Sequence record: SRR20825006_226
Length of the DNA stretch: 64,000 bases
Strand: one strand, 5' to 3'
Of the stretch, positions 8,682 to 18,724 are shown piece by piece. Position 1 is the stretch's first letter; each line of letters opens with the position of its first letter. Below the pieces are notes generated by a model. The model had not been told where the DNA came from and did no database searches. It worked only from the letters and a program-made list of their open reading frames with translations. Both the position numbers and the translations under genes were made by a program.

Positions 8682-10141
8682 AACTGAAACAGGGTTTTAA
8701 TTTTTAATGGTATTTTATTACCAAATAAAGATACTAAAATACGTACTATCTCTGGCTTTATAATCAAATTTCCAACAGTATAAATTGCCCCAGCTAGCCC
8801 TAAATATAGAATTAAAAATACTACGCTTTTCGCTGGAAAAAAATATGATAGTGAGCCAATCGTCAATACCATTGGGAAAGACAATAATAAAACTTTTAGA
8901 ACATCTTTTGCTTGTTCAGCTATTGTATAGTCCAAAAACTTAGCCGTATAATACGTGTTAATAATCAACGCGATATACGAAGATATTACCTGCCCAATCA
9001 GTAAACCATAAATCCCAAACTGTAAGCCAATTAAAATGGCTATAGTTGTATTTACTTTTTTTATAATTTCTAATTTTAAAAAAAGATCGGATCGCCCCAA
9101 TACTTTTAGAATATTTAGGTTTATCGAATGTAAGTGATATAAGATTCCAGACACACACACAATTTGAAGAAAAGGTATAGAGGGTGCCCATTGTGGCCCT
9201 AACACGAAAACTACAATTGGTTCTGCTAATATTATTAGTAACAATATTCCAGGGAAAATAAGAAAAGAACTTAACTGTATTACTTGTCTATAGCCTCTTT
9301 TTAACCTTTCCGGTTCTTTCCCAGCTTTCGCTAGCAACGGATACGTAATTTTTTGAATAATACCTACTAAATTCTTGCTCGCTAAATCCTGCATTTTTTT
9401 AGCTTGCGTATAGTAGCCTAGTGTAGATGCTAAGAAATATTTACCAATTACCAATTTATATACATGTTGATAAATAGTGCTTATAATACCAGATATCAAT
9501 AATTTATAACCAAAACCAAATAATTCATTAAATGAATTTTTATTGAATTTAAATTTTATTACTGAAGGCTGCAACATCCACAATATCAAACTACTGCAAA
9601 AGGCGACTAATAAATACTGTGTGGCTAAGGCCCATACACCATATCCGTTATAAGCCATGATAATTGAAAGAGTTCCAGCAATTACCATTGCAGGGATTTG
9701 AGCATAGGCCTGCTTCTTAAACTGTAGTTGTTGCGTCATTTCGGATCTTTGAATAATAGCGATACCAAAAAAGATAATGGATAATCCCATCACGCGAGTT
9801 AAGTCAATTAATTCAGGACGACTATAAAAATCAGCAATATATGGAGCTCCCATGTATATCAAACCATAAAAAATGAAGGAAACCAATAAGTTAAACCAGA
9901 ATACTGTAGAACGATCTTGGTCTGTTATTTCCTCTTTTCTTATTAAAGATTGCCCCATACCACTATCAACGAAGGTTTGACCTACTTCAAAAAAGATCAT
10001 AAGCATAGCTACTAGACCAAAATCCTCAGGGCTAAGTAATCTAGCAAGTATAACAAATATTACAGATTGCAATATTTGTTGCCCAAACCTTTCTATTGCT
10101 ACCCATATAAAACCTTTTGAGGCTTGGGTTTTAAGAGACAT
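8678..10141 (-). CDS. wzx: Polysaccharide flippase (Wzx/WzxC family)
   Basis: [12 protein letters not shown] motif, about 12-14 hydrophobic segments, LGYYTQA, located in a polysaccharide locus. Confidence 0.88.
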   Translation of the reverse strand: MSLKTQASKGFIWVAIERFGQQILQSVIFVILARLLSPEDFGLVAMLMIFFEVGQTFVDSGMGQSLIRKEEITDQDRSTVFWFNLLVSFIFYGLIYMGAPYIADFYSRPELIDLTRVMGLSIIFFGIAIIQRSEMTQQLQFKKQAYAQIPAMVIAGTLSIIMAYNGYGVWALATQYLLVAFCSSLILWMLQPSVIKFKFNKNSFNELFGFGYKLLISGIISTIYQHVYKLVIGKYFLASTLGYYTQAKKMQDLASKNLVGIIQKITYPLLAKAGKEPERLKRGYRQVIQLSSFLIFPGILLLIILAEPIVVFVLGPQWAPSIPFLQIVCVSGILYHLHSINLNILKVLGRSDLFLKLEIIKKVNTTIAILIGLQFGIYGLLIGQVISSYIALIINTYYTAKFLDYTIAEQAKDVLKVLLLSFPMVLTIGSLSYFFPAKSVVFLILYLGLAGAIYTVGNLIIKPEIVRILVSLFGNKIPLKIKTLFQL

Positions 10142-11006
10142 TTCTGTTTACTAGATTTTTTAGATAAAGCCCATATCCATTTTTTTTTAATTCTTCAGCT
10201 TTCTCTAGCACTTTTTCCGTACTAATCCATTTTTTTCTCCATGCAATCTCTTCTAAACAAGCAATTTTATATCCTTGTCTACGCTCAATAATTTCTACGT
10301 ACTGAGCAGCCTCCATCATTGCATCATGTGTCCCTGTATCTAACCATGCATATCCTCGGCCAAGTACTTGGACATTTAAAGACCCAAGCTCTAAATAAGC
10401 TTGATTGACCGAGGTAATTTCTAGCTCCCCTCTATGTGATGGCTTTACATTCTTTGCAACTTCTACAACTCTATTGTCATAGAAGTAGAGCCCTGTTACA
10501 GCTATATTACTCTTTGGTTTATCAGGCTTTTCTTCAATGGAGATGGCTAAATTCTCTTTATTCATTTCAACAACACCAAATCGCTCAGGATCGCTTACTC
10601 TGTATCCGAATACAGTAGCTCCATTGAGTTCTGTTACAGTATTCGTAAGTATTTTTCCAAAACCTTGTCCATAAAAAATATTATCCCCGAGGATTAGCGC
10701 TACATCATCGTCACCGATGAACTCTTCCCCAATAATGAAGGCTTGAGCTAAACCATCTGGACTAGGTTGAATAGCATAGCTTAATTTTATCCCCCACTCT
10801 GAACCGTCACCTAAAAGTCGCTTAAAACTCTCATTATCTTCAGGAGTAGTAATAATCAGGATTTCATTTATACCTGCAAGCATCAGCACAGACAAAGGGT
10901 AGTAAATCATTGGCTTATCATACACAGGCATTAACTGCTTTGATATTGCTTTTGTTACAGGGTATAGTCGAGTTCCGCTTCCACCAGCTAAAATTATTCC
11001 TTTCAT
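10131..11006 (-). CDS. rmlA: Glucose-1-phosphate thymidylyltransferase
   Basis: [60 protein letters not shown]. Confidence 0.97.
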   Translation of the reverse strand: MKGIILAGGSGTRLYPVTKAISKQLMPVYDKPMIYYPLSVLMLAGINEILIITTPEDNESFKRLLGDGSEWGIKLSYAIQPSPDGLAQAFIIGEEFIGDDDVALILGDNIFYGQGFGKILTNTVTELNGATVFGYRVSDPERFGVVEMNKENLAISIEEKPDKPKSNIAVTGLYFYDNRVVEVAKNVKPSHRGELEITSVNQAYLELGSLNVQVLGRGYAWLDTGTHDAMMEAAQYVEIIERRQGYKIACLEEIAWRKKWISTEKVLEKAEELKKNGYGLYLKNLVNRNVS

Positions 11007-12055
11007 TTTTTCCCTGTTCCTAAACGTTCTAGATTATAATTTTTATCTGTCACAGCCTCAACCCAATCCATATTTCCCAAATACCATTCAATGGTATTCT
11101 TAATCCCTGTTTCAAAAGTTTCTTCGGGCTTCCATCCTAATTCACGCTCTATTTTAGACGCATCAATAGCATATCTAAAATCGTGACCAGGGCGATCCGT
11201 TACAAATGAAATTTGGTCTCTGTATATAGTTTCTTTGGGCATTAATTCATCTAAAGTATCACATATGGTATGAACTACATCAAGGTTTTTCTTTTCGTTG
11301 TGTCCACCAATATTATATGTTTCCCCTAGTTTTCCTTGTTCAATAACCCGCCAAAGAGCTCTTGCATGATCATCAACATAGAGCCAATCTCTTACATTAT
11401 CACCTTTTCCGTAAACAGGTATATTTTCACCCTGTAATGCTTTAAGAATAACAACTGGAATTAATTTTTCAGGGAACTGAAATGGCCCGTAATTGTTAGA
11501 GCAATTTGTTATCAAAACGGGTAAACCGTAGGTATGGTACCAGGCTCTAGCAAGATGATCTGAGGAAGCTTTACTTGAAGAGTATGGCGAACGGGGATCA
11601 TACGCAGTTTCTTCTGTAAACAGGTCGTTATCTCCCAACGATCCATAGACTTCATCCGTTGAAACGTGTAAAAATCTAAACGATTCTGCAGATTCTTTAT
11701 CCAAGCCCAACCAATATTTTTTTGCACTCTCCAAAAGGACATGAGTACCAACAATATTTGTTTTAATGAATTCCGCTGAGCCATCGATGGAACGGTCTAC
11801 GTGAGACTCTGCCGCCAAATGCATAATTACATTTGGATTGTATTTTTCAAAAATCCTTGCAACTTCTTTACCATCACAAATATCAACTTGCTCAAAAGAA
11901 TATCTAGTAGATTCTGCCACAGATTTCAAAGATTCTAAATGGCCAGCATAAGTCAATTTATCAATATTGATCACTTCATGCTTTGTGTTTGTGATAAGAA
12001 ATCGAATCAAAGCTGATCCGATAAACCCTGCACCACCTGTTACTATTATTTTCAC
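11003..12055 (-). CDS. rmlB: dTDP-glucose 4,6-dehydratase
   Basis: [51 protein letters not shown] start. Confidence 0.97.
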   Translation of the reverse strand: MKIIVTGGAGFIGSALIRFLITNTKHEVINIDKLTYAGHLESLKSVAESTRYSFEQVDICDGKEVARIFEKYNPNVIMHLAAESHVDRSIDGSAEFIKTNIVGTHVLLESAKKYWLGLDKESAESFRFLHVSTDEVYGSLGDNDLFTEETAYDPRSPYSSSKASSDHLARAWYHTYGLPVLITNCSNNYGPFQFPEKLIPVVILKALQGENIPVYGKGDNVRDWLYVDDHARALWRVIEQGKLGETYNIGGHNEKKNLDVVHTICDTLDELMPKETIYRDQISFVTDRPGHDFRYAIDASKIERELGWKPEETFETGIKNTIEWYLGNMDWVEAVTDKNYNLERLGTGKK

Positions 12056-12085
12056 GTTATACCTTACCTTAATCTTACTTTTTAA

Positions 12086-12610
12086 TCAAAATTCCTCGCC
12101 GTAGATAAGTAATCTCGTCTTTTCAATAGATACGAAATCATTTTTACTGTAAACGACGGTTCGAATTTTTCTATTTACTAATAACTCTGCCTTCACCACT
12201 AACCTTGCTAAATACTCCGTATTTATGCTGTCTCCAATAAGAGTTATATCAATTATTGGAGCGTCTAACCCTTTCGCTAAATCCCCTGTTAAAAAAACCG
12301 TATCAACCTCTCCAATCTTTCGCAACACTTGGTCAACAATCTTGTCAATTCCAAAATGTTTAAACGCAATATTCTGAAATTCATTAAAAAGCGGAAAATC
12401 TGTATTTACTTTATACATTTTTTTATTCCCAACTTTTTTAGCACTTATCAACCCCGCCTCTTCAAATCTATTTAGTTCAATCCTAACAGAGTTGGTGCTC
12501 TCATTAAAATCTTGGGAAAGCCCACGCAAATACGCACTACTTTCAGGGTTTAAAAAAAACCGCAAAAGAAGCTTAAGTCTTGTTTTTGATGGAATTAACG
12601 TGTCGAGCAT
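12086..12610 (-). CDS. Winged-helix (ArsR-like) transcriptional regulator with C-terminal degenerate nucleotidyltransferase-like domain
   Basis: SKTRLKLLLRFF...YLRGLSQDFNESTNSVRIELNRFEEAGLI wHTH; C-terminal VFLTGDLAKG...IIDITLIGD; immediately upstream of rmlB. Confidence 0.75.
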   Translation of the reverse strand: MLDTLIPSKTRLKLLLRFFLNPESSAYLRGLSQDFNESTNSVRIELNRFEEAGLISAKKVGNKKMYKVNTDFPLFNEFQNIAFKHFGIDKIVDQVLRKIGEVDTVFLTGDLAKGLDAPIIDITLIGDSINTEYLARLVVKAELLVNRKIRTVVYSKNDFVSIEKTRLLIYGEEF

Positions 12611-12614
12611 ATAG

Positions 12615-12641
12615 ATATTGAGTAATAATATTACTCAATAT
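12615..12641. promoter_or_regulatory. Perfect 13-1-13 palindrome, probable operator of the adjacent regulator
   Basis: ATATTGAGTAATA-A-TATTACTCAATAT, 4 nt from the regulator start codon (12610). Confidence 0.7.
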
Positions 12642-12715
12642 ACGTGATTTAAAACAAAATCTCAATCATACCCAAAAAATCATTGACACAACAAAATTCA
12701 GATTTCCACAAACTA

Positions 12716-13264
12716 TTATTTACCACCTAATCTGTCTAACAAGATAACGGTTGAGGCGACTGCTGATACAGTGGATGCGAAAACCCCTAAATAGTCTCTA
12801 AATGTTGCTTTTCTCTTTACTCGCACGGCAACAATCTGATTATTCTTTAGCACAAACTCTTTCATCCCCTCAGGATAAGGTTCTTCGAAGCGATATTTAA
12901 ACTTAGTAATAGTTACACCACCATCTTCATTGTCATATTCTTGAATATTAATTTCCACCCTCATCTTAGACCAATCTATTTGGGTTTGACTATCGCTAAG
13001 TGTTCTTGGGCCAAAACTATATGAAATTAACCTAGCCAAGTCAGTTCCTTTAGGAACTAAGTATCTACCTGAACTACCAACATCTCCCCAAACGTTTACC
13101 GAATCCACCAGTTCTCCTGGCTCTGCAATACGGATAACCCTATCAGCTTGTCGAAACTGAGGGGAATTATAAAATTGGGTAGTCTGTGCTTGAGTTTCTG
13201 CATTTATTAGGAATATAAATCCTAGTAAAGCCCCGATGTATAAATACTTAAATAGATGTTGCAT
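12716..13264 (-). CDS. Small exported SLBB-domain protein, Wza-like polysaccharide export component
   Basis: Signal peptide, VNVWGDVGSSGRYLVPKGTDLARLISYSFGP (SLBB-like), C-terminal amphipathic/hydrophobic helix; context near wzc. Confidence 0.55.
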   Translation of the reverse strand: MQHLFKYLYIGALLGFIFLINAETQAQTTQFYNSPQFRQADRVIRIAEPGELVDSVNVWGDVGSSGRYLVPKGTDLARLISYSFGPRTLSDSQTQIDWSKMRVEINIQEYDNEDGGVTITKFKYRFEEPYPEGMKEFVLKNNQIVAVRVKRKATFRDYLGVFASTVSAVASTVILLDRLGGK

Positions 13265-13327
13265 TCTTTATAAATTCTTAAATTTGTTTAAAGATATTGA
13301 TTTATTCTTTCTTTTCGACGTTTAATT

Positions 13328-14032
13328 CTAGTATCGCAAAAGTCTATGTGATTCATTTCTATCAAAACCTAGTTTGCTCAACCCATAAAGTACTTTTTCA
13401 ATATTATATTCGATTCGAAAATTTTCTACTTCCCATTTATCTGTATCTACTATACAGCAAGAAGCTCTAAAATCATCGTCTCTAGATTGGCCTACACTTC
13501 CTGGGTTTATCAAGTACTTGTTTCCCTTAATAAATGTCATGTTTCCAATTTGACTTGAAACGAAAGCTGGAACATGAGTATGCCCTACAAAACACAGTGG
13601 AATTTCTATTTCATTAAGAACTTTTCGCGCTTTAATAGCACTGTCAATATATGTCCATTTTTCTGGTTCAATAGGAGATGCATGAGATGCAATCCAAGTA
13701 GAATTATCAGTTAAAGTATAAGGCCTATTTGCTAACCACTCTAATTGTTCCGCATCTAAGATACCTTGAGACATCTCTATCAACCTTCTATTTGGATTTC
13801 GGAAGTGGTTAAGACTCAATTTCCCTACCACACCAGCATCATGATTCCCTAAAACAGTGCCAATAGCTCTTTCTTTTATAATATCAATACATTCTGAAGG
13901 AAACGGACCATAACCAACTAAATCACCTAAACATATCCAACAATCTGGGTTATAGGAATCAAGGACTTCTAGAACCGCCTCTAAAGCGGGTAAATTACCA
14001 TGTATATCCGAAATAAGTGCTATTTTTGACAT
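13328..14032 (-). CDS. Calcineurin-like metallophosphoesterase
   Basis: DIHGN, GDLVGYG, GNHD, HASP, GHTH, NPGSVGQ. Confidence 0.9.
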   Translation of the reverse strand: MSKIALISDIHGNLPALEAVLEVLDSYNPDCWICLGDLVGYGPFPSECIDIIKERAIGTVLGNHDAGVVGKLSLNHFRNPNRRLIEMSQGILDAEQLEWLANRPYTLTDNSTWIASHASPIEPEKWTYIDSAIKARKVLNEIEIPLCFVGHTHVPAFVSSQIGNMTFIKGNKYLINPGSVGQSRDDDFRASCCIVDTDKWEVENFRIEYNIEKVLYGLSKLGFDRNESHRLLRY

Positions 14033-14057
14033 AGATTAAATTAAGCAAAATGCTTTC

Positions 14058-14072
14058 AGTATTATTAATACT
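14058..14072. promoter_or_regulatory. 7-1-7 palindrome related to the 12615-12641 operator, in the divergent phosphoesterase/wzc intergenic region
   Basis: AGTATTA-T-TAATACT versus core AGTAATA-A-TATTACT at 12621-12635. Confidence 0.45.
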
Positions 14073-14173
14073 ATAAACTAAGAGTATTAATGGCTAAATA
14101 ATAGTAGCATTGACAAATTGTTTTCCTATCTTATTCAGGATATATTAGAAATCAATATTATTTCAATTAAGAG

Positions 14174-16513
14174 ATGAATTATAACGGAAAAAGCGAGAAT
14201 AGTTATAATACGAATGGATATAGTCCAGTCGTCCGTAAAGATTCCAGTGACGAAGATGAGTTTGACTTAATTAAGTTATTTAATATAATTTTATTAAATA
14301 AATGGACTTTAGCTTCATTTGTTTTTCTTTTTACTACCATCGCTATCATTTTTGCACTACTCCAAACCCCTATCTATGAGAGTAATGGGACCATCATGAT
14401 AAGTGAGAGTAAAAACCGTTACTCTTATGCGGGCTCAGATATTGAGAACCTACTAACCACCACTTATGGTATTGGCGTTGGTAGTACAATCTCAAATGAA
14501 CTTCAAATATTCCGTTCTAGAAAATTGAGCTATAAGTTGGCAAATCGTCTTAGTGAACTTGAATTTGACGAAAATGGAAATAAGTTTCCTGTTTTATGGA
14601 GAGCCTACCCAGTTGACTCGACAACAACTTCATTAGATACAATAGCTATGCGATATCGTGGTAACATCCTGTTTGAAAAACCAGATCAAGCTGCAGATAT
14701 AATATCAATTACATTTGAAAGCCCATTACCTACTGAAGCGTCTACGATAATAAACTTAACAATGGATACCTATTCTGCATTATCAACAGAGCAGAATCGT
14801 ACCATGGCTGTTTCTGCTCTTGAGTTTTTACAAGAAGAAAGAGATAGAATTGAAATTACACTGCAAGCTGCAGAGGATTCTCTTCAAAACTTTATGAATA
14901 CAACCCATTTAGTTGCCGTAAATCCACAAGCAGAAGAATTAATCACAACAATTTCAGAACTCTCTAAAGAGCAACAAAGGTTAGAAGTTAACCTTGTAGC
15001 AGTTAATTCAGGCATCCAGGCTTACGAGGGTCAACTTAACGAGATTAAACCTGGTTTAGCAGATCAATACTCGGAAGCTTTGAGCTCAGTAATAGAGTAC
15101 TATCAACATGCTTTGGCTGAACTTGAGACTAACAAACTTCTATTTTTCGCTAAAAACAAAACTATTTCTAAAACCAGCCCAGAAATAGTAAAAATTAATG
15201 GAGAAATAGATTATATCAAACAACAAATTCGGAGCCGTTCTAATGAGTTAGTTTCAACAAACTCCGATTTGTACCTTAGTTTTATGGGGTCGAAAGATGG
15301 AGGGGTTACTCAGCGTATATCACTTATAAGCCAAAAGCTAATAGACTTGAAAGTTGAACAAGCACAATACTTAACTCAACAAGCTGTCCTCGAGAAAAGA
15401 AGTAATGATATCAATACAAGATTTGAGGAACTCCCTAACGAAATCATCGAACTCTCTCGCTTAAATCGAAATGTTCGTGTAAATGAGGAGATGTATTTGC
15501 AAGTAACAGGGCAACTTGCTGAAATGAGTCTTTGGGAGAAAACACAGTTTGGGCTTGGCCGACCATTAGATTACGCAGAGCCTGCTTTAAAGCCTATCAA
15601 ACCAAAAAAGAAAATAATAGTTCTTATCGGCATATTTTTAGGCACAGTTTTTGGAATGGTTTTTATTTTTGTTAGAGAAATGCTTAACGATAGCATCACA
15701 TCAACAGATGTACTAAAAGAATTCGGCGCTCCAATACTCGGTTCAATACCCGACTTTAATATGATTGGCGAGTTAAATCCAGTCGATCGTCAATATGTGG
15801 GTGATAAATCAGTTTCTAATCAGCTTATCACTTTCTTTGATCACATCTCGCCCATTTCGGAATCCTATCGTAGGCTACGTATCAATGTCGTTTATGCAAA
15901 TCCAGACAAACAATACAAGGTGCTAATGGTAACTAGTGCCACTAAAGGAGAAGGTAAAAGTACTGTAGCTGCTAACTTAGCGATTACTTTTACTGGGTCA
16001 GATAAAAAGGTACTAATTATCGATTTGGATTTACGCCGTCCTACTCAGCATAAAATTTTTGGCGAAAATCGTGAACCAGGTTTAACAGATGTTCTTTTTG
16101 GCACATCTAGTAAAGAACAGGTTGTTCGCTCCACTGTTGCTCCTAATGTAGATTTAATAACGGTTGGTCGTAAAACACCCGAACCCGCTTCTGTATTGGA
16201 TAGCCGTCGTTTAAAACAGCTTATTGATGAGCTTTCAGGAGATTACGATCACATCATATTAGATACAGCTCCTTACGGTATTATATCGGATTCAGCTTCA
16301 TTACTTCGCCTAGTTGACGGTCTTGTTGTAGTTTCACGATTCAACGTTACTACAAAACGCGAGTTATCGTTTACTTTAGAAGGACTTTCCCATCTTAATG
16401 CTGATGTTGTTGGTGTTGTCTTGAATGCTTTCAATCCTAAAAAGAGTACCGATTACTACACGAATTATAACTACTACCAGCGGACTTACTCTGAGTATTA
16501 TAAGGAAGATTAA
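14174..16513 (+). CDS. wzc: Polysaccharide co-polymerase / BY-kinase (Wzc/GumC)
   Basis: Two TM segments flanking a coiled-coil periplasmic domain, ESYRRLR, Walker A SATKGEGKST, IDLDLRRP, ILDTAP, C-terminal Tyr cluster DYYTNYNYYQRTYSEYY. Confidence 0.93.
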   Translation: MNYNGKSENSYNTNGYSPVVRKDSSDEDEFDLIKLFNIILLNKWTLASFVFLFTTIAIIFALLQTPIYESNGTIMISESKNRYSYAGSDIENLLTTTYGIGVGSTISNELQIFRSRKLSYKLANRLSELEFDENGNKFPVLWRAYPVDSTTTSLDTIAMRYRGNILFEKPDQAADIISITFESPLPTEASTIINLTMDTYSALSTEQNRTMAVSALEFLQEERDRIEITLQAAEDSLQNFMNTTHLVAVNPQAEELITTISELSKEQQRLEVNLVAVNSGIQAYEGQLNEIKPGLADQYSEALSSVIEYYQHALAELETNKLLFFAKNKTISKTSPEIVKINGEIDYIKQQIRSRSNELVSTNSDLYLSFMGSKDGGVTQRISLISQKLIDLKVEQAQYLTQQAVLEKRSNDINTRFEELPNEIIELSRLNRNVRVNEEMYLQVTGQLAEMSLWEKTQFGLGRPLDYAEPALKPIKPKKKIIVLIGIFLGTVFGMVFIFVREMLNDSITSTDVLKEFGAPILGSIPDFNMIGELNPVDRQYVGDKSVSNQLITFFDHISPISESYRRLRINVVYANPDKQYKVLMVTSATKGEGKSTVAANLAITFTGSDKKVLIIDLDLRRPTQHKIFGENREPGLTDVLFGTSSKEQVVRSTVAPNVDLITVGRKTPEPASVLDSRRLKQLIDELSGDYDHIILDTAPYGIISDSASLLRLVDGLVVVSRFNVTTKRELSFTLEGLSHLNADVVGVVLNAFNPKKSTDYYTNYNYYQRTYSEYYKED

Positions 16514-16531
16514 TTCTGATTGTAAGCCAAG

Positions 16532-16570
16532 AAAAGCCTCATATAAATTCTGTTATATGAGGCTTTTTTT
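16532..16570 (+). terminator. Intrinsic terminator after wzc (possibly bidirectional)
   Basis: AAAAGCCTCATATAA-attctg-TTATATGAGGCTTTT followed by further T's. Confidence 0.85.
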
Positions 16571-16666
16571 ATGCAGTACTTTTTATGATTACGAAAGGGA
16601 GAAATTTTAGTAGCTAGAACTTTTTCATATACAACGTTAACTTAGCAACGAGTAAAGTTCAATTTA

Positions 16667-18721
16667 TTACAACCTCAATCTAACCTGGATTCCGATAGCG
16701 TTTTTTTTCTGGCCCTTAATCTCACTTAGCCCACTGCTAATGGTATGAACATTTTCGAAGTAAGTGATGCTATACTTAACCCAAATATCTAATCTGTCTA
16801 AGGCTTCGTACTTTACAACCACATAACTGCGTTGCCCCTGCCCTGAAAGCATCACATTGGAAAGCACGTAGAGTAAATCGTTTTCAAATTGATAAACTCT
16901 TGTATCGAAACTTTGGGTATCGAATAATGTAACTCTAGCGTCTATTTGGAGTTTTCTAGTTGGCTGAAGTCTTATATCTTGATATATCAGAAATCCATTT
17001 TCCCAATTCTCGCCAGCGCTTTTATTTCTTGTAAACTCAACACGAGATCGTAGCCGAGTTTGTTTATTTACTTGATACTCACCCTGCACTCTTACGCTGG
17101 CTCTTTTGTTATCTCCAAGTAAGACTTCCTCTAACCCTCCATCATTATGGGTCGAATACTCATCACCTTTTATCTCACTGCGCAAGAGTATATATGCATT
17201 TAATCTTGAGCTAAAATTAGCTTCTACCAAACCCAACACATCAAAGCCTTCCGTAGCTTGGTTAATTCCTGTTCTAGGTTCAGGAAATTTATACTGATCT
17301 ACATACCCAGCTAGAGTATACGTTTCGTTGAGTTCGTGCTTTAAACCTACATAAAAACCTTCCTCATTTCTGGGTGCTGATGAACTTTCGCCAAATCCAT
17401 CCCCAAAAAAAGATTGAAAACCTCTTGTGTATTTTCGGTAATGCATTGTGAAATCGGTGTTAAACCCTAGCGAAGTTTCCATACCTATTACACCACCACT
17501 TCCTCCGTTTTCGCTTCGAGCCCACTCACCATAAACCAAAGCTGAACCAACGAGGCCTCTATAATCTATACCTAAAACAGAATTAGCTTTACCTTCAAAA
17601 TCGTATATATTGCTTAAAGTGGTTCCTTTGGCAATGTATGAGCTAAACTCATTGTGATATGCCGTTGCTCCAATAAAACCGAATCGCGAATTTACTCTTA
17701 CTCGACCTCCTACTGTCATTTGATCTATATTATTCTTTCTATCGAGCTCACTCTGTGTTCGATGAAATCCAGAGGAAGAAGGAAATCTAGTAGTATCTCC
17801 GCTTATTACTGACGCCGTTCTTTTCCGATTTGAATAGAAGCCCGTTACTTCAAAAGTTTCCCCATAGGTTGCTGCCACTCCTCTAAAGAAATCTGTTTCT
17901 TGAGCAGAAGAATATCCTCTAAGTCCTCGTTCATTTTTCCCTGTTGTACCAACCACTTCTCGACCTTTTCCAAAAGCGCCGCCCGTCCAAAGCACTAAGC
18001 CTTGGCCAAAACTTAGACTATAATCTCCAATCACTAAATCTTTCAGTTTTCCATTTTCGGTAAGCGCAATATGTCCGGAGTTGTAGTCAAAACTCGTTGG
18101 TCCTTTTAGTTCCTCTCCTGCGTCTTTCTCTTGAGTTAGATTTACTGATAAATGCCTGCTCGTCATCTTTAGTCGTTGATAGTACTTTCCTTGACTGCCT
18201 AAATAACCACCTGAGGTATCGGGACGAATGTAGCCTTCTTGCTCTTGCAGTTCTTGTTGATACCGAGATATGTATTCTATTTTTCTTCCTGACAGCCAAT
18301 ACTCGGGGCGCTTATACATGTCCTTAAAGCGGGAACTAGCACCACCAACAGTTACATATGGTGACAACCGATTATAAGTTGCTTTACCAATTCCTTTAAC
18401 CTTTAGTAACTCAATTTTTGTTTCAAAGGGTTTCGTTTTACGGTAATTAATTACTTCTGTAGCAATTTTAAGGTTAAAACCAGGGATTTGGAGGAATTCA
18501 TCAATACCAGCAGAATTTAAATTTATGGGATTAGCCACTAAATCTTCTAAAAACTGAGCTAATTGTTCTCCTACTAAACCATCTTCATCATCTAGTTCCT
18601 CAAAAGTTTGCTCTAACTGTTTTTGGACCTGAGTTCTTACAGAATCTTTTTGTTGCCCTAAAAGCACTTCGGCTTTAAAAACCCCGAGCAATATTAATCC
18701 TATGAGTAAACTCTTTTTCAT
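16667..18721 (-). CDS. Exported helix-hairpin-helix (ComEA-like) domain protein with probable C-terminal beta-barrel
   Basis: Signal peptide; PINLNSAGIDEFLQIPGF...ELLKVKGIGKATYNRL HhH module; GDYSLSFGQGL; beta-strand-rich C-terminus ending GIQVRLRL. Confidence 0.75.
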   Translation of the reverse strand: MKKSLLIGLILLGVFKAEVLLGQQKDSVRTQVQKQLEQTFEELDDEDGLVGEQLAQFLEDLVANPINLNSAGIDEFLQIPGFNLKIATEVINYRKTKPFETKIELLKVKGIGKATYNRLSPYVTVGGASSRFKDMYKRPEYWLSGRKIEYISRYQQELQEQEGYIRPDTSGGYLGSQGKYYQRLKMTSRHLSVNLTQEKDAGEELKGPTSFDYNSGHIALTENGKLKDLVIGDYSLSFGQGLVLWTGGAFGKGREVVGTTGKNERGLRGYSSAQETDFFRGVAATYGETFEVTGFYSNRKRTASVISGDTTRFPSSSGFHRTQSELDRKNNIDQMTVGGRVRVNSRFGFIGATAYHNEFSSYIAKGTTLSNIYDFEGKANSVLGIDYRGLVGSALVYGEWARSENGGSGGVIGMETSLGFNTDFTMHYRKYTRGFQSFFGDGFGESSSAPRNEEGFYVGLKHELNETYTLAGYVDQYKFPEPRTGINQATEGFDVLGLVEANFSSRLNAYILLRSEIKGDEYSTHNDGGLEEVLLGDNKRASVRVQGEYQVNKQTRLRSRVEFTRNKSAGENWENGFLIYQDIRLQPTRKLQIDARVTLFDTQSFDTRVYQFENDLLYVLSNVMLSGQGQRSYVVVKYEALDRLDIWVKYSITYFENVHTISSGLSEIKGQKKNAIGIQVRLRL

Positions 18722-18724
18722 TAT

